Positions 31,625 to 42,810 are shown, counted from the stretch's first letter. The stretch is 64,000 nucleotides of DNA from Thermodesulfobacteriota bacterium (GCA_965223335.1 OZ244991.1:224001-288000); one strand, 5' to 3'. Notes: a model not told the origin generated them from the letters alone. A program made the numbers and translations.

Positions 31625-32461
31625 TTATTTAACCTCTTTACCATCCTTCCACATCTGCTCTATCCGAGTACCGTCTGCCTTCGTAACCATTACCTTCCCG
31701 TCGGGAAAACCGTTTACAAAATTGCCGCTTAATACATCACCATCAAGCGAGGTATACGTACCCGTGCCCTCTGCCTCTCCGTTTTTAAAACTACCCTTAT
31801 ACGTTCCGCTGTCGGGTGTCATATACACACCTTGTCCCCAGGGTAAACCGTCTTTAAATTCACCGCTATACTCCCCTCCATCGGGGTAAAGCAAAGTCCC
31901 CTTACCCTGCCGTTTTCCGTTTACATACTCTCCCCTGTACTCTTCGCCCGAGCTGTTGCCGTCAAAACCCTCTCCTTCGGGCTCTCCATTTTTAAGATTC
32001 CCCTGGAACCAAGAGCCGTCCGCTCCCTTGTATACTCCAAATCCATGTGGCTCATTATTTTTAAAATTACCCTCGTACTTGCTGCCGTCGGCTTCGGTGT
32101 ATATACCCTCGCCATGGAGAGTACTCGCTTTAAATTCTCCAATGTAGTGGTCGTAGCCGGCATCAACCAAATAGTACAACACCCCGTAACCGTTGGCTTT
32201 TCCACCTTTCATCTCACCTTTAAAACGGGATATCAGTTTCCCGCCGTTAACAATACTAAGCACCCCCACCCCAGAGGCCTTGCCGTCCTCACATTCACCC
32301 GACCAGCTAATTACATCACCTGTCTCGGTTTCACCATCCCACACTGCACAATCCGTAACCGGGTCTTTCACCCACACATCTTTGGCTACCGCTCCAGGCA
32401 CAAAAAGTAACATTATTAACAATCCCAATAATTCAGTAACCACAACTCTCTGAATTCGCAT
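31625..32461 (-). CDS. Secreted MORN-repeat protein
   Basis: Repeated YxGxFKxGxxxGxGxY units; signal peptide; start placed at ATG 32461. Confidence 0.88.
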   Translation of the reverse strand: MRIQRVVVTELLGLLIMLLFVPGAVAKDVWVKDPVTDCAVWDGETETGDVISWSGECEDGKASGVGVLSIVNGGKLISRFKGEMKGGKANGYGVLYYLVDAGYDHYIGEFKASTLHGEGIYTEADGSKYEGNFKNNEPHGFGVYKGADGSWFQGNLKNGEPEGEGFDGNSSGEEYRGEYVNGKRQGKGTLLYPDGGEYSGEFKDGLPWGQGVYMTPDSGTYKGSFKNGEAEGTGTYTSLDGDVLSGNFVNGFPDGKVMVTKADGTRIEQMWKDGKEVK

Positions 32462-32878
32462 TACAAACCCCTCCCCAAAGGCCAAAATGAACCATTTATC
32501 GTTATATTAGTAGTGCGGTTGAATACAGACATCCCAATGTAACTTCCTACCCCATGATTAGAGCACTAATTCAGAAAAAACTGATCTTTGATTTAAACAG
32601 CTAAAGCACTGTTTGCTGTTGTCATCGTTAACAACTATTGATAGATAATATTCATAATCATTCATCAATAGTCAACAGGCGGCTGAGATTTACACACCAT
32701 ACGACAAGAGTCGATCAGTAGATCCATAGATTAATTGGACGCACTGGTGTGTAGCAGAGATGATTATTATGAGACTGAGCTTGGCCCAATAAAGCGATTA
32801 ACCGAATCCTAATTGGAGCTTTGAATTTATTATATTCACTATCTAAAATACAAGGGGGGTTATCTTCGACTATATAGA

Positions 32879-34432
32879 TCAAGAATGATGTTTCTTGAAC
32901 TCTTCCTCAAATTTAGATGCCAGCTCATTTGCCTTTTGGTCGTATGAGGAAGGATCATCCCAGCTCTTTTTTGGCTCTAGGAGTTTAGCATCCACCCCAG
33001 GGCAGCTCGAAGGCACACTCAATCCAAACACTGGAACGTCTTTGAATTCCGTTTTGTCCAAGCTCCCGTCTATTGCTGCTCGCACGAGTGCTCTGGTCTG
33101 GGGCAGAGGCATCCTCTGGCCCACTCCATACGGACCACCCGTTATACCCGTGTTGAGCAGCCACACAGTAGCGTTAGTCTCCTCGAGTTTTTCCTTAAGC
33201 ATCTCTGCATAAAAAAGCGGCGGGCGCGGTAGGAATGGAGCGCCAAAGCAAGAGCTGAAAGTAGCCTGGGGCTCGCTAACACCCCGTTCGGTCCCTGCAA
33301 CCTTGGCGGTGTAGCCAAGGGTAAAATAGTACATAGCCTGCTCAGGGGTTAGTTTTGAGATCGGAGGAAGCACACCAAACGCATCATATGTAAGCATAAA
33401 TATTGTGTTGGGTACACCACCCACACCCTCGTTAATAATACTCGGGAGGTAGTGTATGGGATACGCTCCTCGAGTATTCTCTGTAAACTTATCACTGTCG
33501 AAATCTACTTTCTTAGTTTCGGGGTCTATCTCTACGTTCTCTAACACAGAGCCGAACTTAAGCGAAGCGTCATAGATTTCGGGCTCTGTTTCGGGGTTCA
33601 ATTTTATGACTTTAGCATAGCAACCGCCCTCAAAATTGAACACACCGTTATCGAACCATCCATGTTCGTCGTCTCCTATTAATGCACGGTCGGGGTCTGC
33701 TGACAGGGTGGTCTTCCCGGTACCCGAAAGTCCGAAAAAGAGCGCCACTCCCTTATCATCCCCCACATTTGCCGAGCAATGCATTGGGAACACACCCCTT
33801 TCGGGCAAAAGAAAATTAAGCGCTGTGAACACTGACTTTTTCATCTCGCCCGCGTAACGAGTACCCCCCACTATTGCAATCCGTTTAGCAAAGTTAAGTA
33901 CAATAAAAGTTTCTGATCTGGTCCCGTCGGTGGCGGGATCGGCCTTTAACCCGGGTGCAGAAATCACCGTGAACCCTAGTTCTTTATGGGGCAGATCCTC
34001 GAGCTCGGGCCTAATGAACAAATTGTTTACAAAAACATTATGCCAAGCATATTCGCTAATAACTCTTACAGGTTTACGGTATTCAGGGTGAGCACATACA
34101 TAGAGGTCTCTAACAAATATGTCCTTGCCCTCAAAATACTTTGTAATTTTGTTGTAAAGTGCGTCGAAATGCTCGGGAGCAATAGGTTTATTGATATTAC
34201 CCCACAGAATTTTGTCTTCTGTACCCGGCTCTTTAACTATAAATCTATCGGCGGGTGATCTACCAGTATGAGGAGCAGTATAGGCTACCAGTGTTCCGTT
34301 TTCAGCTATCTCGCCTTCTCCCCTCTTAATAACCTCTTCATAGAGTGCGGGTATGGGATAGTTATAATAAATATTTCCGGGATTCGATATCCCATGCTGT
34401 GCGGAAAGCTGCTCCGAAGTTAACTTTGGCAT
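32879..34432 (-). CDS. pckA: Phosphoenolpyruvate carboxykinase (ATP)
   Basis: TGRSP, YAGEMKK, MHCSAN, FFGLSGTGKTTLSADP, IGDDEHGW, NFEGGCYAK. Confidence 0.97.
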   Translation of the reverse strand: MPKLTSEQLSAQHGISNPGNIYYNYPIPALYEEVIKRGEGEIAENGTLVAYTAPHTGRSPADRFIVKEPGTEDKILWGNINKPIAPEHFDALYNKITKYFEGKDIFVRDLYVCAHPEYRKPVRVISEYAWHNVFVNNLFIRPELEDLPHKELGFTVISAPGLKADPATDGTRSETFIVLNFAKRIAIVGGTRYAGEMKKSVFTALNFLLPERGVFPMHCSANVGDDKGVALFFGLSGTGKTTLSADPDRALIGDDEHGWFDNGVFNFEGGCYAKVIKLNPETEPEIYDASLKFGSVLENVEIDPETKKVDFDSDKFTENTRGAYPIHYLPSIINEGVGGVPNTIFMLTYDAFGVLPPISKLTPEQAMYYFTLGYTAKVAGTERGVSEPQATFSSCFGAPFLPRPPLFYAEMLKEKLEETNATVWLLNTGITGGPYGVGQRMPLPQTRALVRAAIDGSLDKTEFKDVPVFGLSVPSSCPGVDAKLLEPKKSWDDPSSYDQKANELASKFEEEFKKHHS

Positions 34433-34907
34433 GATAGTAGATAACCTCCGTCATAAAATCTTTATCTGTTAGTTTCGGTTTGAATTTTTGATTAGAGCAT
34501 ACAAGACTATACAAAATATTCACGTTTTCAAGAACTCCTCACGTTACCCCCCGCAAACACACAACTAATAATTAACCTGAGCAGACGCTAGAGACAGGCA
34601 CGTCAAAACATTTAGTTGATTATTTAAATGAGCTCATATCTCGAACCGGCTCGACTTAAAAGTGCCAAAGCTCATATCGGTCGTTAGTTATTGATGGGCA
34701 CGTTAAATCGGGTAAAAAAATATATTGCTATGTTATATATACTATTAATATTATATGTGTATAATCGATGTTAATGCGTAAATATATATTAGGTAACGTA
34801 ACGACCTGGGTTTATTTGACCGAGCCCGATTCGTATGATAGATTGTTTGGTATCGACGCTACTTGTGGCGAGGGAGTTTTTAGCAGTTCACGGGAGTTTA
34901 ATAAAAA

Positions 34908-35405
34908 ATGTTTAAGGTCGGAAATAAAGCTGTTTACCCTGCACATGGCGTTGTAAATATCAAAGGTATTGAATCCAAAGAAATCCGCGGCACAAAGAAA
35001 GACTTCTACATACTTAAGGTTGTAGACAGTGACGTCACGGTGCTGGTCCCCACAGACAACGCAGAAACGGTCGGGTTAAGACCTGTTATTTCTAAACGCC
35101 AGATCACAAAGATTTACAAAATTTTAAAAGCAAAAGACAAAGTCAACGGCCCTGGGAACGGCAACCAGAGCTGGAACAAACGCTATCGCGAATATGCCGA
35201 TAAGCTAAAGAGCGGTGATATTTTTGAAGTAGCCAATGTGCTTCGCGACATCAACATGCTTCAAACCGAAAAAGAGCTCTCCTTTGGGGAAAAGCGGATC
35301 ATGGACTCTGCCAGAAACCTGCTGGTTAAAGAGATCTCCATTGCCAAAAAACTGGAAGAAGAGTCAGTCATAAAAGAGATCGAAAAACTCCTTAGCCAAC
35401 TCTAA
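34908..35405 (+). CDS. carD: CarD family RNA-polymerase-binding transcription factor
   Basis: FKVGNKAVYPAHGV, WNKRYR, LSFGEKR. Confidence 0.92.
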   Translation: MFKVGNKAVYPAHGVVNIKGIESKEIRGTKKDFYILKVVDSDVTVLVPTDNAETVGLRPVISKRQITKIYKILKAKDKVNGPGNGNQSWNKRYREYADKLKSGDIFEVANVLRDINMLQTEKELSFGEKRIMDSARNLLVKEISIAKKLEEESVIKEIEKLLSQL

Positions 35406-35441
35406 GACCATAACTCTCGGCCCCCTGAAATTAACCTGTCT

Positions 35442-36314
35442 ATGTTAAAAACCATTATAGACACCGAAGCAGCCCTCAGACTAAAAGGGTTTTCTTTTAT
35501 AGTTCCCTCCAGAGTTAAAGGCCAAAAAGCCGGTATTCACAAGAGCTATTACAAGGGCAGTAGCCCCAATTTTATGGAGTATAAGGAATACAACAGCGGG
35601 GAAGATATAAAGCAGATCGACTGGCGGCTTTACGGCAGGCTCGACCGCCTCTACGTAAGGAACTACGAGGACGAGGTTAACCTCATCTGGAATCTGCTTG
35701 TGGATACCACAGCATCTATGGGTTACGGTGAAGAGGGCAATACTAAACTGGATTATGCCAAAACACTGGCCGGCACATTGACATACCTGCTTTTAAAACA
35801 GGGCGATGCAGTCGGGATTATGGACATAGGTTCAAACGACTCTCACTTCATATCGCCCCGAGCCGGGATGGGCCACATAAACCCTATTGTGGACAAATTA
35901 GAGATCACGCGCGCAAGCGGCTCAACCGACCTCTACAAATCGGTACTAAAATCACTCGAGGTATTTAGAGCCAATAGCGCGATCGTCATATTCTCTGACC
36001 TATTAACCGAAATTACAGAACTTGAAAACTCGTTTAATTTACTAAAGGCTTCAAAGAAAGATGTGTTTATTTTCCACATTCTTCATCGTGACGAGATTGA
36101 GTTCGAGTTTAACGGGGCGCTTGAATTTCACGACATGGAAGACCACCGTAAACTCATTGTAGATACTGAGAGTATAAGAAATACTTATAAGTCTAAGATT
36201 ATGAACTTTGTAAACGAGATAAAAGAGCTCTGCTATCAATCCGGGTTTACCTATGTGCTCACCTCACCCCATAGACCCGTAGAGGATAGCCTGATTGAAA
36301 TTGCATATAAATAG
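35442..36314 (+). CDS. DUF58 domain (vWA-like) MoxR partner protein
   Basis: GIHKS..KGSSPNFMEYKEY..GEDIKQIDWR, DTTASM, IFSD. Confidence 0.9.
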   Translation: MLKTIIDTEAALRLKGFSFIVPSRVKGQKAGIHKSYYKGSSPNFMEYKEYNSGEDIKQIDWRLYGRLDRLYVRNYEDEVNLIWNLLVDTTASMGYGEEGNTKLDYAKTLAGTLTYLLLKQGDAVGIMDIGSNDSHFISPRAGMGHINPIVDKLEITRASGSTDLYKSVLKSLEVFRANSAIVIFSDLLTEITELENSFNLLKASKKDVFIFHILHRDEIEFEFNGALEFHDMEDHRKLIVDTESIRNTYKSKIMNFVNEIKELCYQSGFTYVLTSPHRPVEDSLIEIAYK

Positions 36315-36323
36315 AGAGTCAAA

Positions 36324-38273
36324 TTGAACTTAACGTTTTTAAGTCCATACTTTTTGTTGGGTCTCTTGGGAGTAGCCCTCCCCATCATAGCGCACCTTAT
36401 TTCCAGAAAGAGTGCGGGGAAAAAGGAGTTCCCATCCTTAATGTTTCTCTTTGCTTCATCGGGCACAGCTGCCAGGACCTCTAGGCTAAAGGACTTCCTT
36501 TTGCTTTTACTGAGGTCGCTCATATTAGTAGCGCTCGTAGTGGTATTCGCAAGGCCGGCTTTATTTTCGTATTCTACTCGACCCGGGGACTCGCCGAAAA
36601 CATTGGCTATCGTAATAGACAACTCCTTTAGCATGCAGTACGCAGATAATTTCAAGAAGGCTAAAAAGAGCGCAAGAGAGGCTATAGACAGCCTTGCAGA
36701 CGGGAGCTTCGTAGCAGTTGCGGGACTTGTGCCAACCTCATCGGAAAAACTAGTGCTCACAAACAACAGGAGAGATATGCACGATCAACTGGAGGCCCTA
36801 ACACTCTCAAACACCTATACGGATAATGAAAAAAGGATCCTCGATGTCATTAATGTTATCGGGCAGAGCAAAACCGAGAACAAAGAGCTTTTACTTATTA
36901 CAGACATGCAAAAAAACGGGTGGGGAACCTCACACATTGAGCACGAATGGTTCTCTATTGAGGATATAACAGATGGGAAAAAGCTAAACAATATTGCTGT
37001 TACAGACGCAAGCGCTCTGGCGGTGCGCGATGAATTGAGTTTATCGGTAGAACTATCGAGTTATTCAGATAATGCTATATCCGACGTACTCCTTACCGCT
37101 AGAGTCGGTGGAGAGGAACTTAAGAGCATCATCAATCTTGAGCCAAATAACAATAGCGTAACAATTTTTACACTGGCCCCGGACAATAAACTTTCCGACA
37201 CACTACACTCGGGGACCGCAACTATCCCAAACGACCAGCTTACAATCGATGACTCAAGGTATTTCTCCATAACCCCGGGACCCAACCAACAAGTGCTCGT
37301 AGTGGACGGGGACCCAAGCGAAGACCCGAGACTCGCCGAGACATACTATCTTGAACAGGCGGTAAGGACACTTTCCGAAACCAATAATACCACTGTAAGA
37401 GTAAAGGATAGCGCCGGGTTTCTAAAAGACAGCTTTGCACAATACAGCACGATAATTTTGGCAAACGTATCGGATATAACACCCGAAAAATCTAAAAAAC
37501 TTGAGCAGTTTATCCTAAACGGCGGCACTTTAATCACATTCCTCGGCAACCAGACACGCAGCAACTCCTACAATGTGCTGCTCGGGGGAATTCTGCCCGG
37601 GGATTTGGCAACTACCATCGACAGACCATCCGGCCTGCTAAGCAATGAAAATTACAGTAAAGAGCTCGAAGACAAACTACAAAGCGTACAAGTACAAAAG
37701 ATGTTTGAGCTCATACCGTCTCAAAACACCCAGGTGCTAATCACCGCAACGGACAAAAAACCATTCCTAGCTAAAAAAACAATAGGCATGGGCACCTCCG
37801 TACTCTTCACATCCTCCGCATCTACGAAGTGGAACAACTTTGCCATTACTCCCGTATTCCTGCCCGTTTTAGCCAATATCCTAAACCCGAAAAACAGTGT
37901 CGCGGACTCTACCGACAACTACTTGGTAGGGGGGAAAATAAAAATCATGTTGTCACCGGAATCAAAACGCACAGTTGTAATCGATCCAAACGGCCGAGAG
38001 CACGAGATCTCTCGGGAGAACAACTATTTTTCAAATACATCCCAACCCGGTCTATATAGCGTCGTTGAGGACGACGAACTGAGCTACGAATTCCCTATAA
38101 ATGTGGACACTAGAGAATCAAACCTCGCGAAACTAGAGATCATACCCCAACCCCCCAGAATCGAACAACGCGGTAAACGCGTTAAGGTCTATAAAGAGAT
38201 ATGGTCATACTTCCTTTGGATAGCACTTGTGTTGTTTGCGACGGAATCAGTCTGCCGGGCGGTCGTCAAATAA
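36324..38273 (+). CDS. BatA N-terminal domain / vWA membrane protein
   Basis: FLSPYFLLGL..LPIIAHL...FPSLMFL...LLLLRSL..FARP; IDNSFSM MIDAS; ITD. Confidence 0.85.
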   Translation: MNLTFLSPYFLLGLLGVALPIIAHLISRKSAGKKEFPSLMFLFASSGTAARTSRLKDFLLLLLRSLILVALVVVFARPALFSYSTRPGDSPKTLAIVIDNSFSMQYADNFKKAKKSAREAIDSLADGSFVAVAGLVPTSSEKLVLTNNRRDMHDQLEALTLSNTYTDNEKRILDVINVIGQSKTENKELLLITDMQKNGWGTSHIEHEWFSIEDITDGKKLNNIAVTDASALAVRDELSLSVELSSYSDNAISDVLLTARVGGEELKSIINLEPNNNSVTIFTLAPDNKLSDTLHSGTATIPNDQLTIDDSRYFSITPGPNQQVLVVDGDPSEDPRLAETYYLEQAVRTLSETNNTTVRVKDSAGFLKDSFAQYSTIILANVSDITPEKSKKLEQFILNGGTLITFLGNQTRSNSYNVLLGGILPGDLATTIDRPSGLLSNENYSKELEDKLQSVQVQKMFELIPSQNTQVLITATDKKPFLAKKTIGMGTSVLFTSSASTKWNNFAITPVFLPVLANILNPKNSVADSTDNYLVGGKIKIMLSPESKRTVVIDPNGREHEISRENNYFSNTSQPGLYSVVEDDELSYEFPINVDTRESNLAKLEIIPQPPRIEQRGKRVKVYKEIWSYFLWIALVLFATESVCRAVVK

Positions 38274-38284
38274 ACGCGTACACT

Positions 38285-39694
38285 CTATACTATGCCCTCG
38301 CCGTCTATCCCCTGCGGCACCTCTTTCCCAAGCAGTTTTAAGATTGTGGGATAAACGTCCACAGTCCTCGCATGAGATACTTTCACCTTGGTGCTGATTG
38401 CGAGTGGCACCAGCATATGGTCTCGCAACAACGCTCCGTGCGACGACCTGTGTTCCGGTTTTTCGTGCTTAGCCCTCAGATCGTATCCATGCGCCGCACT
38501 GATGATCAGGTCACCCGACCTTCGGGATTCCAGTAACTGAATAATCTGAAGCAAAGCGTCCGGATATTCCGTGTCTATCGTTTTATCCAGGCACTCTTGG
38601 GTGCTAAGCCTGTGCGGCAATCCGTTGTAACCGAATGGGTCAGACTTAATTTTACGGTAATTTAATCTGCCGTCGCTATCGATGCTTAGAGTCGCCTCCC
38701 CCCGCTTGCTCTTAATCCATGTAGTACCGTCATGGTCCGTCCCAGCCACTATATCGATCTCCCTTCGGTTAACCAACCCCTCTACAACAGGGTTTAGCTC
38801 CTCGAACGTAGACCTACGTCCCCACCCGTCGGGGCTCTTGAAATAGAGGTGTGCCATGGCATTGCCCGAAACCATCACAGACGCCGATGCATTCAAATAG
38901 TGCTTAAACACATTTGGGTAGTATAGGGTTTTATAACCCTTAGTTTTTAGAAACTCCACGCAGTCAAAATGAGAGTGGGTCTGGGTAAGGCCATGGTCAC
39001 TCGCAATGACAAACAGTGTTTCATCGAGCTTGCCCAGGGACTTTAACTTCTGGGCTACACGCCCTATTGATTGGTCGAGCCTGATATAAGAATCCACAAC
39101 ATTTCTATGAAACGGATGTGTGATATGCGAATATGTATCAATCCCTAAAAACACAGCATAAAGGAAATCAGGCCCTAAATTTAGAGATTTGATAAGAATC
39201 TCGAGCGCAGATTCATCCACCTCGTTTGTGCGCTCGGTAAAATGGCTCTTAATCTTATAATAAATCTTTTTTACCTTGGTTTTATCGGCACCGAAACTCA
39301 CGCCCCGAGAGAGCTCGTTTAATATACTCTTACTATGCGGGATCAACTCAAATATAGAACCCGAGTCCCCTAGGACATCTCGGTTCATAAAATAGGCCCC
39401 GGGTCCTATATAGCTCCTAAACCGCTTTAGAGAAAACACCTTGCTGTGGTACTCATAGCGATCGAACCATCTAATCCCAGGGAACTCACACCGCCCCGGA
39501 AACTTCCCAAACACATAAGGCGCATAAGCAGGCCCCGTAGTAGAAGGAAAGACCGATACGGCATTTAAATACGACCCTTTATCCACTATATACCGAGATA
39601 TATTGGGCAGGTCCCCATTCTTAAGCAGCTCTGAAAACAGGTCGGCCCTAGCCCCATCGGCCATAATAAAAATACAGCTCTTAAATTTCTTCAT
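38285..39694 (-). CDS. Alkaline phosphatase superfamily / nucleotide pyrophosphatase-phosphodiesterase
   Basis: MADGAR, VFPSTTGPAY (Thr nucleophile), DTYSH, SDHG, SHG. Confidence 0.85.
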   Translation of the reverse strand: MKKFKSCIFIMADGARADLFSELLKNGDLPNISRYIVDKGSYLNAVSVFPSTTGPAYAPYVFGKFPGRCEFPGIRWFDRYEYHSKVFSLKRFRSYIGPGAYFMNRDVLGDSGSIFELIPHSKSILNELSRGVSFGADKTKVKKIYYKIKSHFTERTNEVDESALEILIKSLNLGPDFLYAVFLGIDTYSHITHPFHRNVVDSYIRLDQSIGRVAQKLKSLGKLDETLFVIASDHGLTQTHSHFDCVEFLKTKGYKTLYYPNVFKHYLNASASVMVSGNAMAHLYFKSPDGWGRRSTFEELNPVVEGLVNRREIDIVAGTDHDGTTWIKSKRGEATLSIDSDGRLNYRKIKSDPFGYNGLPHRLSTQECLDKTIDTEYPDALLQIIQLLESRRSGDLIISAAHGYDLRAKHEKPEHRSSHGALLRDHMLVPLAISTKVKVSHARTVDVYPTILKLLGKEVPQGIDGEGIV

Positions 39695-39722
39695 ATAACG
39701 TCCTCAAGATTTCGGGCTTGTG

Positions 39723-42506
39723 TTATTGCTGAAAATACTTGTCGTATATCTCTCTGATCTTATTGGTTTTTTCCACGTACTTATCTCTCAACATAGCACT
39801 TTGGTCAGTGCCGTCTTTCTCGATTCTAAGCTTGGAAAAATCACTGTCCTTAAGCTCGTTTATAGAGCGGTTATGAAGCAGCCTAAGTAGATTCTCGAGC
39901 TTTTTGAGGAACTCTAGCCCCTCTCTAAGTATCGAGTACTCTCTATCGCTGATGAATTCCCCTTCATAAAGAGCTGTGAGTGCAGCCAGGGTGTTTTGGC
40001 GCCTTATCTTTTTATTCTCGCGCCCGTATTTCAACTGTAGCATCTGCACCAGGAACTCAATATCCACCAGCCCTCCCCTGCCGGTTTTCAAATTGCGTTT
40101 GCTGGTGCTTTCCTTGGCGATCTCCACCTCCATACGCTTGCGCAGCCTGTCGATCTCCAGGTGATAATCCTCAGCTAAGGGCTTTGTGTATACAAATCTG
40201 TTTACCGTCCTCATCACTTTTTTGCCCAATTCAATATCACCTGCCACCGGTGCCGCACGGATAAGGGCCTGACGCTCCCAGAGCTTAGCCTCTTTATTGT
40301 GATAGTTCTTAAAAGAATCAAACGAGGTCACAAGAGCCCCTGAGCGTCCCGAGGGACGTAGGTCCATATCGATCTTATACGCATACCCCTCGCCCGTGGG
40401 CACAGACAAGATCGAGATCAGCCTCTGTCCCAGTTTCGAGTAATACTCGTGATCATCCCCCTCATAGATCATGATAACATCGAGGTCGGAATTATAGCTC
40501 ATCTCTTTACCGCCCAGCTTACCCATCCCGAGGATCATCATGTCGTGACGCTGGGTTTTCTTGTATGGTTTTTTCCCCACCAGCTCATAGGCCATAACAA
40601 GCCCTGCTTCGAGAATAGATTCCGCCAGTATTGCCAGGTAGTTACCGACATAAAACGGGTCCACCTCGTTGTTAAGGTCCCTAAGACAAATTTTCAGGGT
40701 CTCTACGTAACGGAATCTCCTCAATGTGTCGAGTTTATTTTCATAGTCCTGTTCTTGATTAAGGCTCTCCATCAGGCTCTGCATGAGCTCGTCTTTAGTC
40801 TTAAATTCAGTGCGTACATCTCTAAGCGTAAGTAGGTCCAGGTACTCGGGATGACGTATTAAAAAATTAGACAGGTAACCGCTGGTTGAGAACAGTTTTG
40901 ACAATAGCTCAATGATTTCGGGGTTTTCTGAGAGCACAGAATATATAGAAGTACGCCAACCTATCCCCGATATAAACCTCTCGAGGTTGACAATTGCAGA
41001 GTCAGGCTCTGAGGACTTAAGAATATTTGCAAGAAACGCAGGTACCACGCGCCTAGTCGAGGTCCTGCCCTCCTGAGTGAGTGCACCCCTCCGGGGATCG
41101 AGCAGTATAGATATCAGTTCCAGAGCAAGCACAGGGTTTTGAAAACCCAGGTTGGCGAGGCTCTCAATTGCCTGCTCCTCATCTATGTTGCCTTCTGTAA
41201 GGAAGTCGGCAATCTCCCAAAACTCCTTTCCAATCTCCTCTGTTTTACTCGAGGGCTCGTGGAAGAGGCTTTTATATACACGCGTGACCTCTCGGGTGTG
41301 ATCCTTCATTGCACTCTGAAACTCTTTGGTGGACGGGTAACCGCAACGTTTAGCCAGATGATCCAGTTCTGTGCTGTCCGTGGGTATTTTATGGGTCTGT
41401 ATCTCATCGGCAAGCTGTATGGAATGCTCCACCCTTCTGAGGAATATGTAAGATCTCGCGAGTGATTCTCTCACATCGCTATCCACTATGCCTACTCGTT
41501 CTAGCTTATCCAATACTTTTAATGTATTTGTTCCCCTAATCTGTTTTATCTCTCCGCCGTTTACAAGCTGGAGAGCCTGCACAAAAAACTCGATCTCCCT
41601 TATCCCTCCTTTCCCGAGCTTTACGTCCCTAATTTTTTTCAACTGATCGAGTTTAGTCTTCATGTCCTTTAGGTCCTCGATCGAGCTAAAATCCAGATGC
41701 TTTTTATAAACAAAGGGTTCGATTTCGGTTACAAACTCCTCCCCCAGCGAAAGCTCTCCGGCAACAGGCCTTGTCTTTATCAGTGCCGCACGCTCCCATG
41801 TATCCCCCCAGTAATAGTAGTGCTCTATTGCGCCCTCGACATGTATAGCAATAGCACTCTTATTCCCCCCGGGACGCAGTCCCAAGTCAACCCTATAGAG
41901 AAACCTATCTTCGGTGATTGAGGCAAGGCTCTTGGTTATCCTCTCGGCAAGTTTAAAAAAAACATCCGGCTCCCCTCGATCCCTAAAAAGATATATAAGA
42001 TCGATATCCGAGCTTAAATTAAGCTCCCTGCCTCCGAGTTTGCCCATCCCGAGCACCACAAACTCACCTTGGCTTTCGGAATCCAGTTCGTTGCTGTGGT
42101 ACCTATACAGTGCCTCCACCATAGCCGAGGCAAGGTCAGAGAGCTCCTCCATCACCCCCGTAAACGAGCCCGGGTCCCTGATATCGTTATATATAATCCG
42201 TGTGAGCTCTGTGTATTTATAGCGTCTTAGACACGCCATCACCTCATCTGTGCTGCGTGAATTTTTACAAAGCGTCGTCGCTTCTTTCGTAAACACAGCA
42301 TGAGTTTTTTTTGGCTTAGTGCCGTTTAGTTTAACAACAGTTTTCGCAATCTCAGGGTAGTTAACTAGGACCCTGCTCAAAAAGTTGCTGTGGGAAGATA
42401 CGGTGTAGAGCAGCTCTTTTACTTTTTTGCTTACTCTACCGTTTAGCTCTTTGTACTGCTCTATTGTAGAATCAGCAATAGCTGCGTTTGGGGCTAAATT
42501 ATTCAA
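39723..42506 (-). CDS. glnE: Glutamine synthetase adenylyltransferase / adenylyl-removing enzyme
   Basis: Two nucleotidyltransferase domains (GMGKLGGRELNLSSDIDL; GMGKLGGKEMSYNSDLD), WERAALIK, VKLGKGGIREIEF. Confidence 0.95.
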   Translation of the reverse strand: MNNLAPNAAIADSTIEQYKELNGRVSKKVKELLYTVSSHSNFLSRVLVNYPEIAKTVVKLNGTKPKKTHAVFTKEATTLCKNSRSTDEVMACLRRYKYTELTRIIYNDIRDPGSFTGVMEELSDLASAMVEALYRYHSNELDSESQGEFVVLGMGKLGGRELNLSSDIDLIYLFRDRGEPDVFFKLAERITKSLASITEDRFLYRVDLGLRPGGNKSAIAIHVEGAIEHYYYWGDTWERAALIKTRPVAGELSLGEEFVTEIEPFVYKKHLDFSSIEDLKDMKTKLDQLKKIRDVKLGKGGIREIEFFVQALQLVNGGEIKQIRGTNTLKVLDKLERVGIVDSDVRESLARSYIFLRRVEHSIQLADEIQTHKIPTDSTELDHLAKRCGYPSTKEFQSAMKDHTREVTRVYKSLFHEPSSKTEEIGKEFWEIADFLTEGNIDEEQAIESLANLGFQNPVLALELISILLDPRRGALTQEGRTSTRRVVPAFLANILKSSEPDSAIVNLERFISGIGWRTSIYSVLSENPEIIELLSKLFSTSGYLSNFLIRHPEYLDLLTLRDVRTEFKTKDELMQSLMESLNQEQDYENKLDTLRRFRYVETLKICLRDLNNEVDPFYVGNYLAILAESILEAGLVMAYELVGKKPYKKTQRHDMMILGMGKLGGKEMSYNSDLDVIMIYEGDDHEYYSKLGQRLISILSVPTGEGYAYKIDMDLRPSGRSGALVTSFDSFKNYHNKEAKLWERQALIRAAPVAGDIELGKKVMRTVNRFVYTKPLAEDYHLEIDRLRKRMEVEIAKESTSKRNLKTGRGGLVDIEFLVQMLQLKYGRENKKIRRQNTLAALTALYEGEFISDREYSILREGLEFLKKLENLLRLLHNRSINELKDSDFSKLRIEKDGTDQSAMLRDKYVEKTNKIREIYDKYFQQ

Positions 42507-42810
42507 CGTCTATTTTCCTGTTGCGCTTTGAACCCCTCTTCGGTTTCTTTGTACGGGACCGCTCTTTTTCATCCAAATTATCCCGGATCTCTTTTACGAC
42601 CTCAAATCCCCTTTCCATCATCTTAATCGGAAAATCGCGCACAAACTTCCTACCCTCCTTATCGTCGAGCAGATTCTTTACCCCTTTTATCGCATAACCG
42701 GTGGCGACAACCAACTCGGCAGCCCCCATAATGAAATGCTCGCCTGCTTTTCCGAGATCCTGCAGATCCACATCGCCATTACTATCGTTTTTGGTTCTTT
42801 TAGTCTTCAT
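42499..42810 (-). CDS. Hypothetical protein
   Basis: GGGAGGGG RBS; overlaps the glnE start; no family recognised. Confidence 0.65.
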   Translation of the reverse strand: MKTKRTKNDSNGDVDLQDLGKAGEHFIMGAAELVVATGYAIKGVKNLLDDKEGRKFVRDFPIKMMERGFEVVKEIRDNLDEKERSRTKKPKRGSKRNRKIDVE

